This document shows positions 13,701 to 27,297 of a stretch of 64,000 nt of DNA, one piece after another (position 1 is the stretch's first letter; each line of letters opens with the position of its first letter). Source of the stretch: Camelus ferus (taxonomy: Eukaryota); the NCBI RefSeq assembly GCF_009834535.1, contig NC_045707.1, positions 61,754,001 to 61,818,000 on the forward strand, read 5' to 3'. Below the pieces are notes generated by a model. The model did not search any database, was not told where the DNA came from, and saw nothing but the letters and a program-made list of their open reading frames with translations. Position numbers and translations under genes: made by a program.

Positions 13701-14098
13701 TTTCATCATAGTACTAATTTTGGTATCAGAAACCTGTAAGTAACCTAGGTGTGTATTGCTGGGGCAATGGAAAAGCAAACTGTGGGTCACCAAGAAACAA
13801 ATGAAGCAGTAAACAGAATATTAGATCTTAAAAACTCAACATCAAGGGGAAAATGTAAGAAAGAATGAGCTCTATAACACAGCTTACACACACACAAGAC
13901 AATGTCATGTGCTCTCCATGGACAAACTATTTTTCGGGTTATAGAATTAAATATTTGAGAATAATTTTCTATGTGGGAGACAGTAATGGGGTGTAGATTC
14001 TGGTAAATATACAAAATAAAATGAAGTAAAATCAAAAGAGATCTGTGCACTGTTGAGAGTAATTAATTTAGTTCTTTTTATCTGGGGACCAAAGGGAA
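10770..14098 (+). mobile_element. Old LINE-1 (L1ME3-like): ~3.3 kb of decayed ORF2 plus 3'UTR
   Basis: A-rich sense strand with ORF2 landmarks in order (ttctttgagaagat, ttttatgaagttaatataaccttgattccaaa, atctcaatagaatcagaaaaag, ctaagatcagcaata, aaaaatgggcaaaaga). Terminus tctggggaccaaagggaaa resembles an L1ME3-type end. No intact ORF. Confidence 0.85.
12537..12654 (+). mobile_element. Short young L1 3' tail (camelid-type) nested in the old L1
   Basis: aagaatatggaaacaaatatatgtatgtatatgcatgactgggacattgtgctgtatactacagattgacacattgtaactgac...aattaaaaa; homologous to 22078-22200 and 35035-35256. Confidence 0.88.
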
Positions 14099-16014
14099 AC
14101 ATGAACTCAGGTAATGCATATTTTCAAAATAATTACCCCACATTGCTTTTTTCAGGAACAATAAAAGGGAAAAAAAATTGAGGTAGTGGGAAGGGGAAAA
14201 TTGAGATTGGTAAAGGGGGAAAGGAAAGTATTAGTGTTGGGGAACTTGGATTCAGTGGGATCTACAAGGAATCCCATTTGTGTGCTTCCTTCAGTGAGGA
14301 GAAACTGATCAGGTGTCTGTAACGTTTTGCATTCTCTCTGGAAGCAGACACAGGTTTCTTTGGACCAAATTCAAAAGAACACATAGTAAGCACAGCTGTA
14401 GTTGACTAGAATGCTCTGTATACTTTATATTTAAAAAACGCTTTGCATTTCTAAAAATATTTATTTGTTTAAAGATATATAGGGTTTTTTTTTTTTTTTT
14501 TTACATTTATTTATTTGAAGACCTATAGGTATACAAATGAAAATCCGTTAAGGTTGTCTAGGGATATTGTCTGGGAATTTCTTATCTGGGCTTATGACTT
14601 GGAAGTTTGCAAGTGATTACTCCATTAGAAGTAGCCACAGAAGTTGGCAGCAAAAAAAAAATGGAGTGAGAATTAGGGATGACACGAAAGTCAGGAAAGA
14701 GGGGAGATTTTCCCAATGGTCTAAAAATATAGCCATTGAAAACCTGTGTCAAGTGTCATCTTTGAAAGTCTCAGCACTGAATAACTTTGTTGAGAGAGCA
14801 GAATAAACAAAACACATGCACACAGAAACCCAACCATAGCCCACATCCAAATAATTGGTTTAACGTGTAACGTAGCTTAAAAAATATATAGCTGTCTGAG
14901 GTATATACATTGTCTTATTTGAGCAATATCAGAATGCTGACTATGTCCCACTTACAAAGAAACCACATACTAGATACGCACACTTTTACAATATTTGTGA
15001 CTAAATAAACCTACATGAAATATATTTCTTTAGCATTTTCCCAACACATTCATATATACAAACTATTTTTAAAAACCTTCAACACTGTAAAAATAAAACG
15101 TGTTGCTAGTGGAGGAATGAAATATTCTGAGAAATGCAACAATTATGTAGCTTCTCTCATATTTACCACATTAATAATAAAACATGCACCCACTCTCTTT
15201 TCTCTAGAATTCTGCTGTGGCAGTGGGGTTATGTTATATATATTACTATGAATACACTTTGGGCTTCCATAGCAGTGTATAGTTTGTGTATTAAATATCA
15301 GTAATAAAAAAGATGTCATGTTTAGGCATACATTTTTCAAAGGGCCATTTTAGTTTTCAATTTGCAGTTTATTTTCAAGACCTAACATCTTTATCCCAGA
15401 ACAAAACAAAAAATATGACAGAAACAGATACCTTAGATTGTATCATTTTCTATGAGAATGCCATATCAGCTAAAGAATCGGAGCTCTTATTTTCCTGAAA
15501 TTGAGGGGATTGGAGGAAAATGGAAGCATAAATCTACTTCAGAAGCAAAATCCTTCCTATATGCAAAGTGTGCTAAATAAAAAATTCATGTATGTAGTTT
15601 TTAAAAATGGAAGCAGCCTCAAAGGCAAAATTTAAAGACCTTTATCTTTTGAAATTTCAACTTTAGAAAACTTTTTCTCTTGATGAGCGTTGCTGCGGTG
15701 ATTATAAATCTATTTTTTAAGACACATAACTGGCACTTAAAATAGAATTGAGAAGTAACTTGAAGTAATATTGAATGCGTATTGTAATATTATATTTTGA
15801 ATTTCTGATCTATCACATCAAAAAGAAAAAAGATAGAAAAATTCAAACATTATTCCAAAATGTTTATTATATTTGTATTAAATATATTTATTGACATAAA
15901 TTTGAATAGAATGAATAAACGTTGGTACACTGCCATCCAAAGATCAGAGAGATGATGGACTATTTTATGCAAATTTTGTTGAATATGTGATGACTTTAGT
16001 TCAGAGTAAGGTAA

Positions 16015-16120
16015 AAACATTTACTGATTGCTTGTCATTTTTCAGGCACTCTTCAAAGTGCTTTGGTGTCAGTGAACAGAACGGATTAAAGAGTGTTTCC
16101 TTTGTGAAGCTGATGCTCTA
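16015..16120 (-). mobile_element. LINE-2 3' end fragment
   Basis: aaacatttactgattgctt...caggcactcttc...cagtgaacaga...gtgaagctgatgctctag. Confidence 0.6.
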
Positions 16121-17659
16121 GCATACTTAACGATTTAAAACCATTAATAACTTAAATAAAATGTAAATAAAACTTTAATATTTAAGAAATATTAAACCTC
16201 TCAAATTGGCTCTGTCAAAAAATCAGCACAAATCAACAGTTCCCTGATCTTCTCCCGAAACACTGATTTTTGTATTACAATTAATTGACAAAACAATCAA
16301 AATAACAGCTAATGTTCTCACCCGTTCATGCAAAGACTATAACATAGAGCTAATATGAAATATTTAAAGATCATATTCTGGGCCTTTTTTTCACTGTAAG
16401 TAGATTTATATTGTTGGAGCATAATTGAATACAAGTTGGCTCTTTTTAATTCCATGATTTAGTGATATGATTTTTCGATCCAAATTCTCTCATTTTTCCT
16501 TGTTTTCCTTAAATCCATCTCTGGTTTGGAGACTATGAAAATGTATGGTAGTAGCCAAAAAAGAAATTTCCCAAACTTAAATTAATTATGTAGCCCAGAA
16601 GCAAACTTGTTTTATAATCCTACGGACAATATACCATATTTGGCATTAGTAGCCATTTTCTTCAAGAGTATGAGTTCTCAAAAATGAAAGTAATATTATA
16701 GCTATTGAAGCTATTTAAGTTTCAAACAATTTGAGGTCATTCAATTCTATAAATGAAAATGTAAGAAGTTGCATTTGTCTTTAAAGTAGATATAAATAAT
16801 TTTATTTCTAGGACAATCCACATTGCAGTAGGAAACTGAGTAATAATGAAACACCTACATTGTGTGGCATATATGAAGCTTCACAAAAAAAAAAAAGAAA
16901 TCTTGACTACTGAAATAATATGGTAAAAAGATAGATAATATGCTTATTTTCTAAAAACTCTTTATCTTAATTATTGTAGGCTGTTTAATGACTCAGCATG
17001 GCAAAATTGTGAGTCTTACATGAGCTCCATTTTTACCAACAGAATATAAAAGATATTGTTTTATGTGGCAGTTCAGATGAGGTAACTGGGCATCATGTAT
17101 TTCTCTTGCGAAGTTTAATTAGGTACAATGGGTGTATCTATCTATAGGTAAAAAAGGCCTGACTTTTGGACATTTTTATTTAAATCATCAAACTCTGCCA
17201 TAACTCAGTTCCATTCAGGCACAGTATCACTTTTTTTTTTCTCTCTCTCTGTATCTCTTTCTCATGTTTGGTTATAGTGTTGAGGCTATCAGTAGAATAG
17301 TAAAATGTTTATGTTTATGAAAAACAAGTCATTTTATTTTTCAGTGTCTAACTACTGTGAGTGGATAGCTGTTCCCCACAAAGAGAATAAAGCTAAGGTT
17401 ATTTGCTTGAACTCTCCAGAGGAAAGGATAATGAGAGAAGACTCAGAATATTTTTGCTGGACTTCCTTGTTTTTCCATTCGATCTGAGTTTACTTCATCC
17501 TGACTTGACAATCTGATAAGAGTCTTTCAAAGGATATCAGCCCAGAAGACAGTATCCCTTAAAATATTGTGATAATTGTGTTCCTCTGGAAGACCTTTTT
17601 TTAAAACTCTTTTTTGATTCATCGTCAGTGTAAGGAAAATAGCCCATCTTTGGTGGCAG

Positions 17660-17700
17660 GATTGACTGACTGATTGACTGACTGATTGGTTGGTTGATTT
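17660..17700. repeat. Imperfect (TGAY)n/(TGGT)n tetranucleotide microsatellite
   Basis: gattgactgactgattgactgactgattggttggttgatt seen directly. Confidence 0.85.
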
Positions 17701-19140
17701 AGGTATTGGCTTAGTTATTCCTCATGTTTCCTGTAAACTATGGTATGACATTTCTTTTTTACCAAAAAGGACATTCCAAAAACACCTGTTTTCTAACTGA
17801 ATCATCAATATATTAGTTCTAAATAGATTTTGAAAGTATTCTCTGAGGTATGCAATTAAGACAATGGTTTTCATGATAGTCCTTTGAGGTAATTTTATTT
17901 TATCTCTGTTTTCCATCTAAGACATCCTGCCTGAGAATTTAGGGCTTGAGTTCAAAGATGAAAAAATCGATTGCTAGGTTTATTTTCATTGCTAATTTGA
18001 AAAGAATGCATCCCTCAAACCCTTATCCATATTCCTTAATTCAAGGTGGATACTTGAATTAAGCACCTGTGGGTGCTACAGCCTAGTATAAGAACTACAG
18101 GTGTGGACAAGTATGTGAAATACAGCAGCACCACATACATCAGTTTCATAAATAATAACCCAATCAGTTGGTTGCTCATTAACTTAGAAGCTGACATCTC
18201 TGGGCACACAATTTCCTGCTTTCTTGGAAAGAAAAAAAAAAATGATGACAGATTGATTAACATTCCAGAGGGATATTTAACTCTTTTTTTGGAAGACAAG
18301 CTATTTTTTCCACATTCTGGAAACATCTCTAAGCATACAAACATAAATAGGTTGCTCATAACCTTGACATCATTTTAAGAAAAAGAGCTCAATACTTGAG
18401 AGCTGTGACTTAATTAGGTCAATGATATAAATGTAAAACTCTGTGCTTGATAAGTATCTTATAATTCAGATTTTCTCATCTTCAGGTTTGTCTTCTCCAC
18501 CTTTTTAACACTCAGGACTAATCAGGACAAATAATTCAGATTATTATTAGACATCATTAGAAGTTATACACCTTTGGGAAATTGTTATTTATTTAGATAA
18601 ATTAGATGATCACTGTGTCTCTTCCAATTAGTTATGAATTATCTAGGAGGAAGAGATACTTCATGAGCTGTTTTAATTAGCAACAGCAATAAGGGGTATT
18701 ACGGTCCTAGGATGAATCCTAGGTACAGACTGGGACACAAATATAGACACATTCAAATGGGTTTGGCTCTGGATCTAGGAAGCAACGAGAGAAGAGATTC
18801 TGGGAATAGGGGGAAAACAGCCCTGCAGATGAGATAGTTTGGTGAGTGATATGAGCAGAGGCTGAGGGAAGTGATCCTTCTTTGCAGTGTTACTGGAAGC
18901 TGTGTCATCTCTAAGGCTGAGTTTTCCAGTGTTTCCTGTATGGGAGCACTTTTCATTTCTTCAAAATGATGATATCTCCACTGAATAATGGAAAACCCTA
19001 ACCACCCTGCAGTAAACTAGGTGGAGTGGATTTGCTAGCAGTGCTAGTCACTGGTGCGGTTAGGGAATCTGTGCAAGTTGTTGATGAAGATGAGAACTCA
19101 GAGGCTAAAAATTGCTGAGAGACGTATAAGTTAAAGCTCG

Positions 19141-19616
19141 TGTATTAGTGTCCTATACACTATAACAAATGTGCACAAATGTAGTGGCTGGAAAGAACCC
19201 ATGACAGTTCTGCAGGTCAGAAGTCCAACGTGGGTCTTGCAGGACTACAGTCAAGGTGTTGGCGGGGCTGTGTTCCTTCTAAGGTGTCCAGGAGAAAATT
19301 TGCTCCTTTACCTTTTCTAGCTTCTAGAGGCCACTTGCATCCCTTGGTTCAAAGCCCTTCCTCCATCCTCAAAGCAAGCCCTGTAGCATTGTCAAATATC
19401 TCTGACTCAGACTCCTCTTCTGCCTCCTTCCCCTACTTTCAATGACCTCTGCAATTACATTGGGATAATCTAGAATAATCTCTCTGTTTTAAAGTCAAAT
19501 GATTAGTGATGTAGTTCCATTTACAACCCTAATTCCCTGCGCCATGTAACACAACATACTCATAGGTTCCTAGAATTATCATGTATGTATGTGTGGGGGG
19601 ACATTATGTTACTACA
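19141..19616 (-). mobile_element. MaLR solo LTR, MLT1D-like
   Basis: Starts tgtattagt and ends actaca. Contains acagttctgcaggtcagaagtccaa, ttttctagcttctagaggcc, attacattggg and gccatgtaacacaacatactcataggttcc. Confidence 0.9.
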
Positions 19617-20849
19617 ACTTGGAAAACAATGGTGGAATGAGATCAATCATCATGTCTTCATTTTGGGGGGGGGGAATATTTGCAAAATTAAGGAGGCATT
19701 TTGGAAAATATCATGGAGTAAAGACTGCATGGAAACAGTGATATAGCTAGAAGACCAACAGAGACAAATTTGAGGGTGCAAACAATCTGGGGATGAATGA
19801 GGATTTTGTTTTAAAGTCAGGGACAAAGTAAAAGTGTGTGCATAGTGTTAGGTAAAGATGATGGAATTTGGTGAATAAATTCATTAGAATAACAATTAAA
19901 ATCAAATTGAAAGTAAATTAATAGGACTCTTCAAATTAGAGTTTTGAGCATGAAAATTTTGCTTCCCACTTACTTTGTAGTCATGTTACTTCAGATGTTG
20001 CCAATAGTTCATTTTATGATGACATGGTCCTTATTAGAGTCTTACTTAGATCCTGTTGCATCAAACCAGCATCTTAATCTGGACCTGAAAATTCAGCATT
20101 GAAGTTTTTCACAGGGAATGTCTGGGTAACTAATGCCTCGAAACAAAAGCAAACAAACAAAAAACTATTACATTCTTCTTAAGCATTTCTCTTGGCCTGC
20201 CCTCCATAATTCTTGAAAGGCATTGACACAGCATCTCTAGTTCTTTTAAGCAAGTTTCAGGTGGAGGGAAAAGCCCCAGTTTCCATTTCAGAGCTGGATC
20301 TCTGAGCATGATTAGGGTTTCAAGTGAATATCACAACTCATGAAAAAAATTGCTGGCTGGAAAACAGGGTCTGGAAATAGCAACAGCAGTAAAAGTAGAT
20401 ATGCTCTAGAGAGTGTGCGTCATTAAATTATTCAACATCTTAATTACATTTCCTTTCTCGATCCAAGAGCCTACTAGGAGATATCTTGTCACTGTTCTCA
20501 CTGCTTCCTAATGACCAAAACTGTCAAAATAGATATTTTTCTGTGCTTTATTTCCTGAGCTTTTGTGTGTGTGAGATTGAGAGACACGGGTGTAATATCA
20601 GCTGGAATGTGAACTATCCAAAAGCACTAGGTTTTTATATACAAATATTTGGCACTGAAATCCAAAACTGGGAGACCCCCCCACCACCACCACCAAAGGG
20701 TTTACTGTGATAATTTCTTTAAAGTTCCTGGGACAGCGTATGCTCTTGTTTCTACGATATATTCTTAAGCAAGGAAATAGTATGTAAGTGTTTGTGTTTT
20801 TACTTCCATAACCCTTCATTCTTTCTCTTCACCATTGACTTGGGGGTAT

Positions 20850-21900
20850 GGTACGTCAATAGGAGGCCCCCAGCTCTCTGACCTCACTGCCGATGAGTTT
20901 CCTCTCCACTCCACCACCCCATTCAGTCTAATGGAGCATCTCGCTGACTTGCTTCGTCTTCTATCTGAATTAAAGCGCATCCCACTCTGATCTCAACCTT
21001 CTCCCATTCTGGCGGCTTTTATCCATGACTTCCTTGGCCTCTTAAGTCCTCTGATCACCCACCTTTTGTTCTTCCCTGCCTTCAGTATGTCCAATTTCAT
21101 TAAAGTCTATTAGCCATATGTCAACACACTCTTGAGAATACTCTCCATTCCCTGGCCTCTTTGGTTGTTTTGTCACATCCATCAAACAAAGCCCCAGCTG
21201 TGAGTAATTCAAACAGCTTGCTTTCTCAGTAAATGCACTGGATCAGCCACATACTGTTGAGACCAGCCACATATATTTCACAATACAGCTGAGTGGTCAC
21301 CAAAGTTAAAAAGTTCTGAGTGCTACTCAACAATTCCACTATCAAACATATGCAATCACTCAGAAATTTATATTTATCATCCTGAAATTTCTGGACTCCA
21401 GAAATATGTTTCCAATGAGGGGTTCCAGTATCCCTAATTGAAAGCCTCAAAGGCACCTACAAGGCAACATCTGTGAGCTCACTATTGTCCCCCTAAATTG
21501 GATCTCCCCAGTGTTTCCAGTGTCAACATCCTTTGCCTTCTCCTTTCTCTAACATTTCTCAGCTATGTGAATAGATTTTACGTCCTAAATATTTCTCAAA
21601 TCAATCTTCTCTTCATCTCCACTGCCACTGTCCTAGTCAGAATAGTATTGCTTCCTTCCTACTGTAGTTTTCCCCAACTCTTCTTCCCGTATCCAGTGTT
21701 GCACCATTAAATTTCTTCCTCACACTGAAGCCAAATGTTCTATGACATGTAAATTTAGACATGTGGTCTCTTCCTTCAAAACCTTCAAAGGTTCCATTAC
21801 TTACAGGGTCAACATACTTGGCAAGGCCCACAAATAAGGCCTTCAAGGTCTTACCTTCACAGCTTCATTTTTCTTCATGTTCCCCTTTGCTGTCAGAACT
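20850..21900 (+). mobile_element. LINE-2 (L2b/c-like) internal-to-3' fragments
   Basis: Pyrimidine-rich sense text with L2 landmarks (aagccccagctg, cctgaaatttctggactccaga, cttctcttcatctccactgccactgtcctagtc, aaaccttcaaaggttccatt). Confidence 0.7.
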
Positions 21901-21924
21901 CGAGCCTTACTTGTCATTGTGTGG

Positions 21925-22065
21925 TAAGATTATTTTTATCAGACTATATGGATCGGAGAATTAAATACAGAAAAGTTACTATACTCAACCAAAGTTGCAT
22001 CATGATTAGCTGACAAAACTGGAAGCCAAATTTTGATGCTCTGATTTGAAGTTCAGTGCTTTCTT
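21925..22065 (-). mobile_element. MIR/MIR3 fragment
   Basis: attatttttatc...acagaaaagtt...ccaaagttgcatc...ctctgatttgaagttcagtgctttctt. Confidence 0.55.
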
Positions 22066-22077
22066 TTGGTATATGTG

Positions 22078-22200
22078 TATTTTTATTGAGGTATAGTCAG
22101 TTTACAATGTTGTGTCAATTTCTGGTGTACAGCATAATGCTTCAGTCATACATGAACACACATATATTCATTTTCATATTTTTTTCACCGTTAAGTTACA
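22078..22200 (-). mobile_element. Short young L1 3' tail (camelid-type)
   Basis: ttttattgaggtatagtcagtttacaatgttgtgtcaatttctggtgtacagcataatgcttcagtcatacat is the reverse complement of the 35035-35256 family. Confidence 0.9.
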
Positions 22201-23789
22201 AGCTGCATCTTCAATAATAATTTTTGCTCTCTGCTAATTCTTTGCAATTTATAATAAAAAAATTTCTATTCCATTTGGGGAGCATTTATAAAACACCCAA
22301 ATCTAGATTTTTTTCATACTTGGAAGTCATTTTGAGAATATCTGACCAGCATGCAGTGAGCCATTAGAGAAAATGAAAGGAAAAATGAATGTGCACATAG
22401 AGCGTTTAGTCTTACACAGTATAAAGCCACAAAGATAACAAACTGACCTGACTAAGCATGTTTAAATGTAGTCTTAAAATCTTGTTCATCAAAGTAATGG
22501 ACTGTAGTCTCCTAGGAATTACACGGAGACTCAGGGAACAGCAGACTGCATGGCTATGTATTAGGTAAAACTATTATGGTAATAGTCTCTTGGTTTCCAT
22601 ACAGTTTCTCACAACAGGCTTTATTTCCAGAGGCATTAAAGTGTGATTTTTAAATAGTAAAGACACTTAGCCTCAGAAAAATTTTAGACATAAAATCAAG
22701 AGGTTATCAAGTGCAACAGACAATAAGGCTAGCCCTCCATGAAGACTAATGTAGAATATGGCACCACAGATAAAATTATTATAATTGCTATTGCAGGTCA
22801 CTATGGAATGAGAGTTTGGGGCTGTTTGGTTTTTTTTTTTCCAGTTGTTTGTGTTTAAGGATGAATAGAGTAGAAAGATAAGTTACTCTTAGCTTGATTC
22901 TTTTGATTCTGAGAATTAAGAGTAATTTTTATTATATATAGTATATAATTTTTTATTTTATTTAACTATACCATGTATATAATAAGACCTATGTATTTGA
23001 AGTCACATTTGAGTTGGGTCATCCTTCATTGCTTGTTTTTCAATTTACTTCACCAAGGTTTCACTAGAAGATGGTCTGGAAACAAAAGAACGTTAAGACC
23101 CAGTTCCTGTTCCCCCCACCCCAACAAAAATGCAGTTTTAGAAAGATATGAAGTATCCAAAGAAATGTTTCCATATGTGGTTGTATTTCCAAATGAGTGG
23201 TAAAGACATTAAGAGTGCTACAAGAATTCAGAGAGGGAAGAAATTACTAAACAGTAAAATTGTCCAGTGGTAAAGATCTGTTTGTTGAATTTGAGAGAGG
23301 TAAGGGGCTCAGAAAGATGTAAGAGAAGTGTACCCTGTAGAGCCGGGCTGTATTTACAATGAAAGATAGTAAGTATATCCAAGAAATATTTAGCGATCTA
23401 TGTGGTCCAGAAGAAAAATTAAAAAAAAAAAACATAGACTTGGGACACACGTATAAATAAGAATGAATGATCTGAATGTTATTCCAACAGCTTGCATGGG
23501 AACATGCATTCTTGCAAGTAGCCTGAGAATCAAAGAGCAGCAATCAATAAGGCATCTATACCAGGGTGTTTGGTTAAGGGAAAGAGTGCTTGTATCGCAT
23601 GACCTTTGAGGGACAAGTACACGTATCCTGTTTGACTAAAGTGGGCTAGTGTGAGCGGAAAGGAAGGAAGTAGCATGTGGCTAACGAGAGAGTGCATTAA
23701 AAGACCTAATTCAAACTTAAACTGTGCTAACAAAATATATCTGTGGGTCACAGTGAGCTGAGTCTACCACCCTCTCTTAACTAGGCATC

Positions 23790-23890
23790 TCTTGAAATTA
23801 GAGGATGTGCTTTACATATTTTGGTAACCTCTACCTTGGTACAATATTTGAAATGCATCAGTGTGGTTTGAATGAATGAATGAATGAATC
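23790..23890 (+). mobile_element. LINE-2 3' terminus with (TGAA)n tail
   Basis: Ends ttgaatgaatgaatgaatgaa after an L2-like 3' segment. Confidence 0.6.
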
Positions 23891-24004
23891 TCATCTAAAA
23901 ATCAGCCCCTCTTCTGAGCATGGCAGTAAAGCAAGTCACTGCTTGCAAGAGACTCTTGGCTTCTACTCATACACACGGGTCATCCCTAGATAATGTAATA
24001 GCTA

Positions 24005-24170
24005 ATTTTTTACATTGTTTAATTTACTTTTTAATAACCTACAATATAATCAGAGTTGGTATTATTCTTTCCACTTTATAGAAAAAAAAAATGAAGTTCA
24101 GAGGAGTTAAGTGAGATGGCCGAGGTTATTTAGCGAAGATGAAAATCTTAAGTAGCAAAGGTGAAATTCA
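24005..24170 (-). mobile_element. MIR SINE
   Basis: ggtattattctttccactttataga...gaagttcagaggagttaagtgagatggccgaggtta, antisense MIR core. Confidence 0.75.
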
Positions 24171-24449
24171 AAATTTTGTGTGTTTATATGTGTGCTTGCC
24201 AGTTTCTTCTGACAATAAACCAATTATGAATTTTAGTGAAACCTAACCTACATGTTTAATGTCTTATCATACAACAGCATAATGTGATATACAGCCCCAG
24301 ACTTTTCAGGAATTACGAGATGTTTTACTGGAATATTTTCCACTAGCCCCTGAAACAGAGTCCACGGAGAAAATGGAATGACTGGTTTGAGGCTTCCTTG
24401 CACTGTTGTATATGTCATGGGACTTTTAAGATCTGTGAACACTCTTCCT

Positions 24450-24590
24450 TCAACAGATTCTGTTTTATAGGTGGGACAGTTAATACTCAGTGACTTATTT
24501 GCTTAGAGTGACTTACTTAAGGCCAATAAGTTGGTAAAAGGCAAAGTTTATCTTCAAACCTGTATCCTCTGATTTGACATCCAGTGAATA
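24450..24590 (-). mobile_element. MIR SINE
   Basis: ttttataggtggga...agtgacttacttaaggcca...ttcaaacctgtatcctctgattt...ccagtg. Confidence 0.6.
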
Positions 24591-26574
24591 CCCCATTGCC
24601 TATCCCCTCAAAGATATACTGATCTAAAAGGCTAATCAAGAAGTCTTAAGAATTCTGAAATCTGCCAAGATTGGAGGTGAGATTGTTTTAGGGTAAAGCA
24701 ACTTGTTTGTGCCCCATTTATTTCACGGAGCATTTTAGAGACTTATGCACTATCCATTTGCAGAAATGCATTGCCCTTCTCCTTCAAATTTATGATCTAT
24801 GTCCTCCAAGAATTCAGATCAATATGATGACCAAGTGATTCATCTCCCCATGTCTTACTCACTTATAACTGTCACTTTGAGAAACACTTACCTCATTCCA
24901 CCTTCTTAATATATCCTGGATACCCCGTGGTACAAATACTGCTAAAAATTCTTTAAAATATCTTTAAATAGAATAGTATCAACCTGAAAGCCAGTCAACT
25001 AGAGTTTCCAAATACTAGGTTGTTAACCTAAAAAATAACAACTTATAGCAGAGCAAAGTGAACACAGCTCTAGAAGCCAGAGGAACTTTAAAAAGTATCA
25101 GTTGTGTGTTTTCTATTATGAGTTTTGTGAAAAAGTTCTGTTAAAAGTCACCCCATTTTCAGAATTCATTAACTACAACTGAAGTTTTTAGGAGGTCTTG
25201 GTTGACTTGTCTCAGAATGTGCGGAGGAAGGAATAGTCAGACCAGAAGCAAATTCAGTGGAGAATGGCAAAAACCTTGGCTCTGTTGTATACACTTGATC
25301 AATGGATACTAAATAAATGATTAAAATGACAACAGTAAAAGCAATCGTATAGAAAAAAATGAAGGGGACTATTTCAATGAAGATAGATTGTGTATTTTAC
25401 TACAAGTAAAAGCATTTAAAAATACTATTTGAGAAGTTTGCAAAGACCTTGGGGAAATGACATTTATTATATTAGGTTTATTTGGAGCAATTTGTATTAA
25501 TTTAGCATAAGAGAATCCATATAATAATTACTCTAAAAACATTCTCCTTTAAGTGATAATTTTTCTTATAGGCCGTGAAAATCATATATAAGTACTGCCA
25601 AGAAAATTATTTCTTTTCACATGAAGAGCAGTTAAAAAAAAGCTGAACAGGAAAGGAACAGCAATCACAGTAAACACCTGGCACCTAGCAGGGGTTATCT
25701 AGCTTTTCATGGCCAATACATCTTCAGTTTTTTCCAATGTATTCATTTTAATATATGTCCTGCAGTAGGATGTCTGGTATCTATACTGCACCATCACGGT
25801 TTTAATATTTTCTTTAGGACCATTCCTCAGCTTATAAGAGAGAGTCTATAGTCTTAGAGAGTCTATTTTTAAAGATCAGTATGAAACAACCAAGATATTC
25901 AGAACTGGAGACGAATTAAGCAGTGTCTCTTGAAATGCGCCGTCAAAAACTTTAAGCTGTCTTCCTGTTTGTAGACAGGAAAATGTTTTGAAGCCAATCA
26001 AGGAGCGGTGTACATTATGTACATTGATTGCAGCCAGGGAGGATGCTAGATTGAACATCTGCCTCTGATAGAAACTGAAAAGGGCAGTTGGTAAATGAAA
26101 TGATATCAGTAAATCTCAAAGATAAGATGATGCTAGGGGGTCTCTACAGGGAACGCCAGGAAAGGTAGAATGGACTCCTAAGTAGAAATCAAAGGTGTTA
26201 AATAACAAAATGAGATATCTACATTATGTGTTAAATCTCAGTGCCTTTAAGAAGAAAATAATGCCTGTGCTGGAATTTTTAGCAGTTGGGAGAAAAAGCT
26301 GGAGTAATAGGATTAAAGGGAAGCTGTGGAAAGGTGATTGGATCTGTCGTTAGCAGCCTTGAGCTGGAGTTCTGATTCAGCCGGTTACCGAGAGCCTTGT
26401 GGTCTTGGTGACCACAGTTTCTCTTCTCTGCCATTCTAACCCCTCACCGTACTTCATCTCCAATATTTCAGGTTTGAGAGTCACATTTTGATCAAGAGAC
26501 AGAAAGTACTCAGGGCTATAACAAGCAGGCATTAAATGTCCCAAAATACAAAGAAATTCATATTTTTAAATGAT

Positions 26575-27000
26575 AAATATTTATTCAAATGAAGAAATTT
26601 TATTGAACATAAACTGGGTAACAGGTATCTTTCTATAAGGTTAGTTAAAAAAAAGAAAGAAAAGAAAGCTCTATTCCCAGGTAGTACAAAGTCCAGGGTG
26701 GGAGAGAGACAATCAGACAGGCAACTGCCAAACACTGAACAACTATTAGAGAAATGGGCTCCATGTTCAAATGCACAGAGACAGCGCGTAGAAATATGCC
26801 TTGGAGCCAGTTAAAGAGATAACTCAAGAGAAGATGTTACCTGAGTTGATTCTTAGAGGACAGGTAGGCACTGGTCAGATGGAGAAGATGGACAGGTCAT
26901 TCCAGGAAGAGGGAACAATAATTACAAAGAAACAAAGGGAAAAAAAAGTGTTCCATCTGAGAAGTTGCAAATAGTTCAGTAGGGCTGGAATGGACTGTTT
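26575..27000 (-). mobile_element. LINE-2 3' end
   Basis: ttattcaaatgaagaaattttattgaaca...ctgagttgattcttagagga...cattccaggaagagggaaca...tagttcagtagggctggaat. Confidence 0.8.
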
Positions 27001-27138
27001 GATATTATGTTTAAAGGTCAGTCAAGATAGATTCAGTATATTTTCATTGTGGACTATGATTTTTTTCTAAAAAAGCAGGTAATATATGTAACCAAAGTGG
27101 CTTTGCGAACTGCAGCTGCTTTTTATCCCACCTCAACG

Positions 27139-27297
27139 CAGTGGTGCGCTGATAAGTGTTTAGCCACTGGTCTCCAAAGCTGGGTAGAGAACCTGACTGT
27201 TCAAGCTACCAGCAAGATGCCACTGAACTTGAAATCGGGAAGAGATGTGCACACTATTTCTCTAGAGCCAGTCCCAGCCACCTCCAACACACCACTG
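27139..27297 (-). mobile_element. MER63A-like hAT-Blackjack MITE, internally deleted
   Basis: Terminal inverted repeats cagtggtgcgctg / caacacaccactg; internal ttcaagctaccagc...cactgaac...gggaagagatgtgcaca. The 8-bp TSD is not recognisable. Confidence 0.85.

Noticed and set aside
18706..18723. Small inverted repeat cctaggat-ga-atcctagg
   Set aside because: 8-bp arms are expected by chance in 64 kb.
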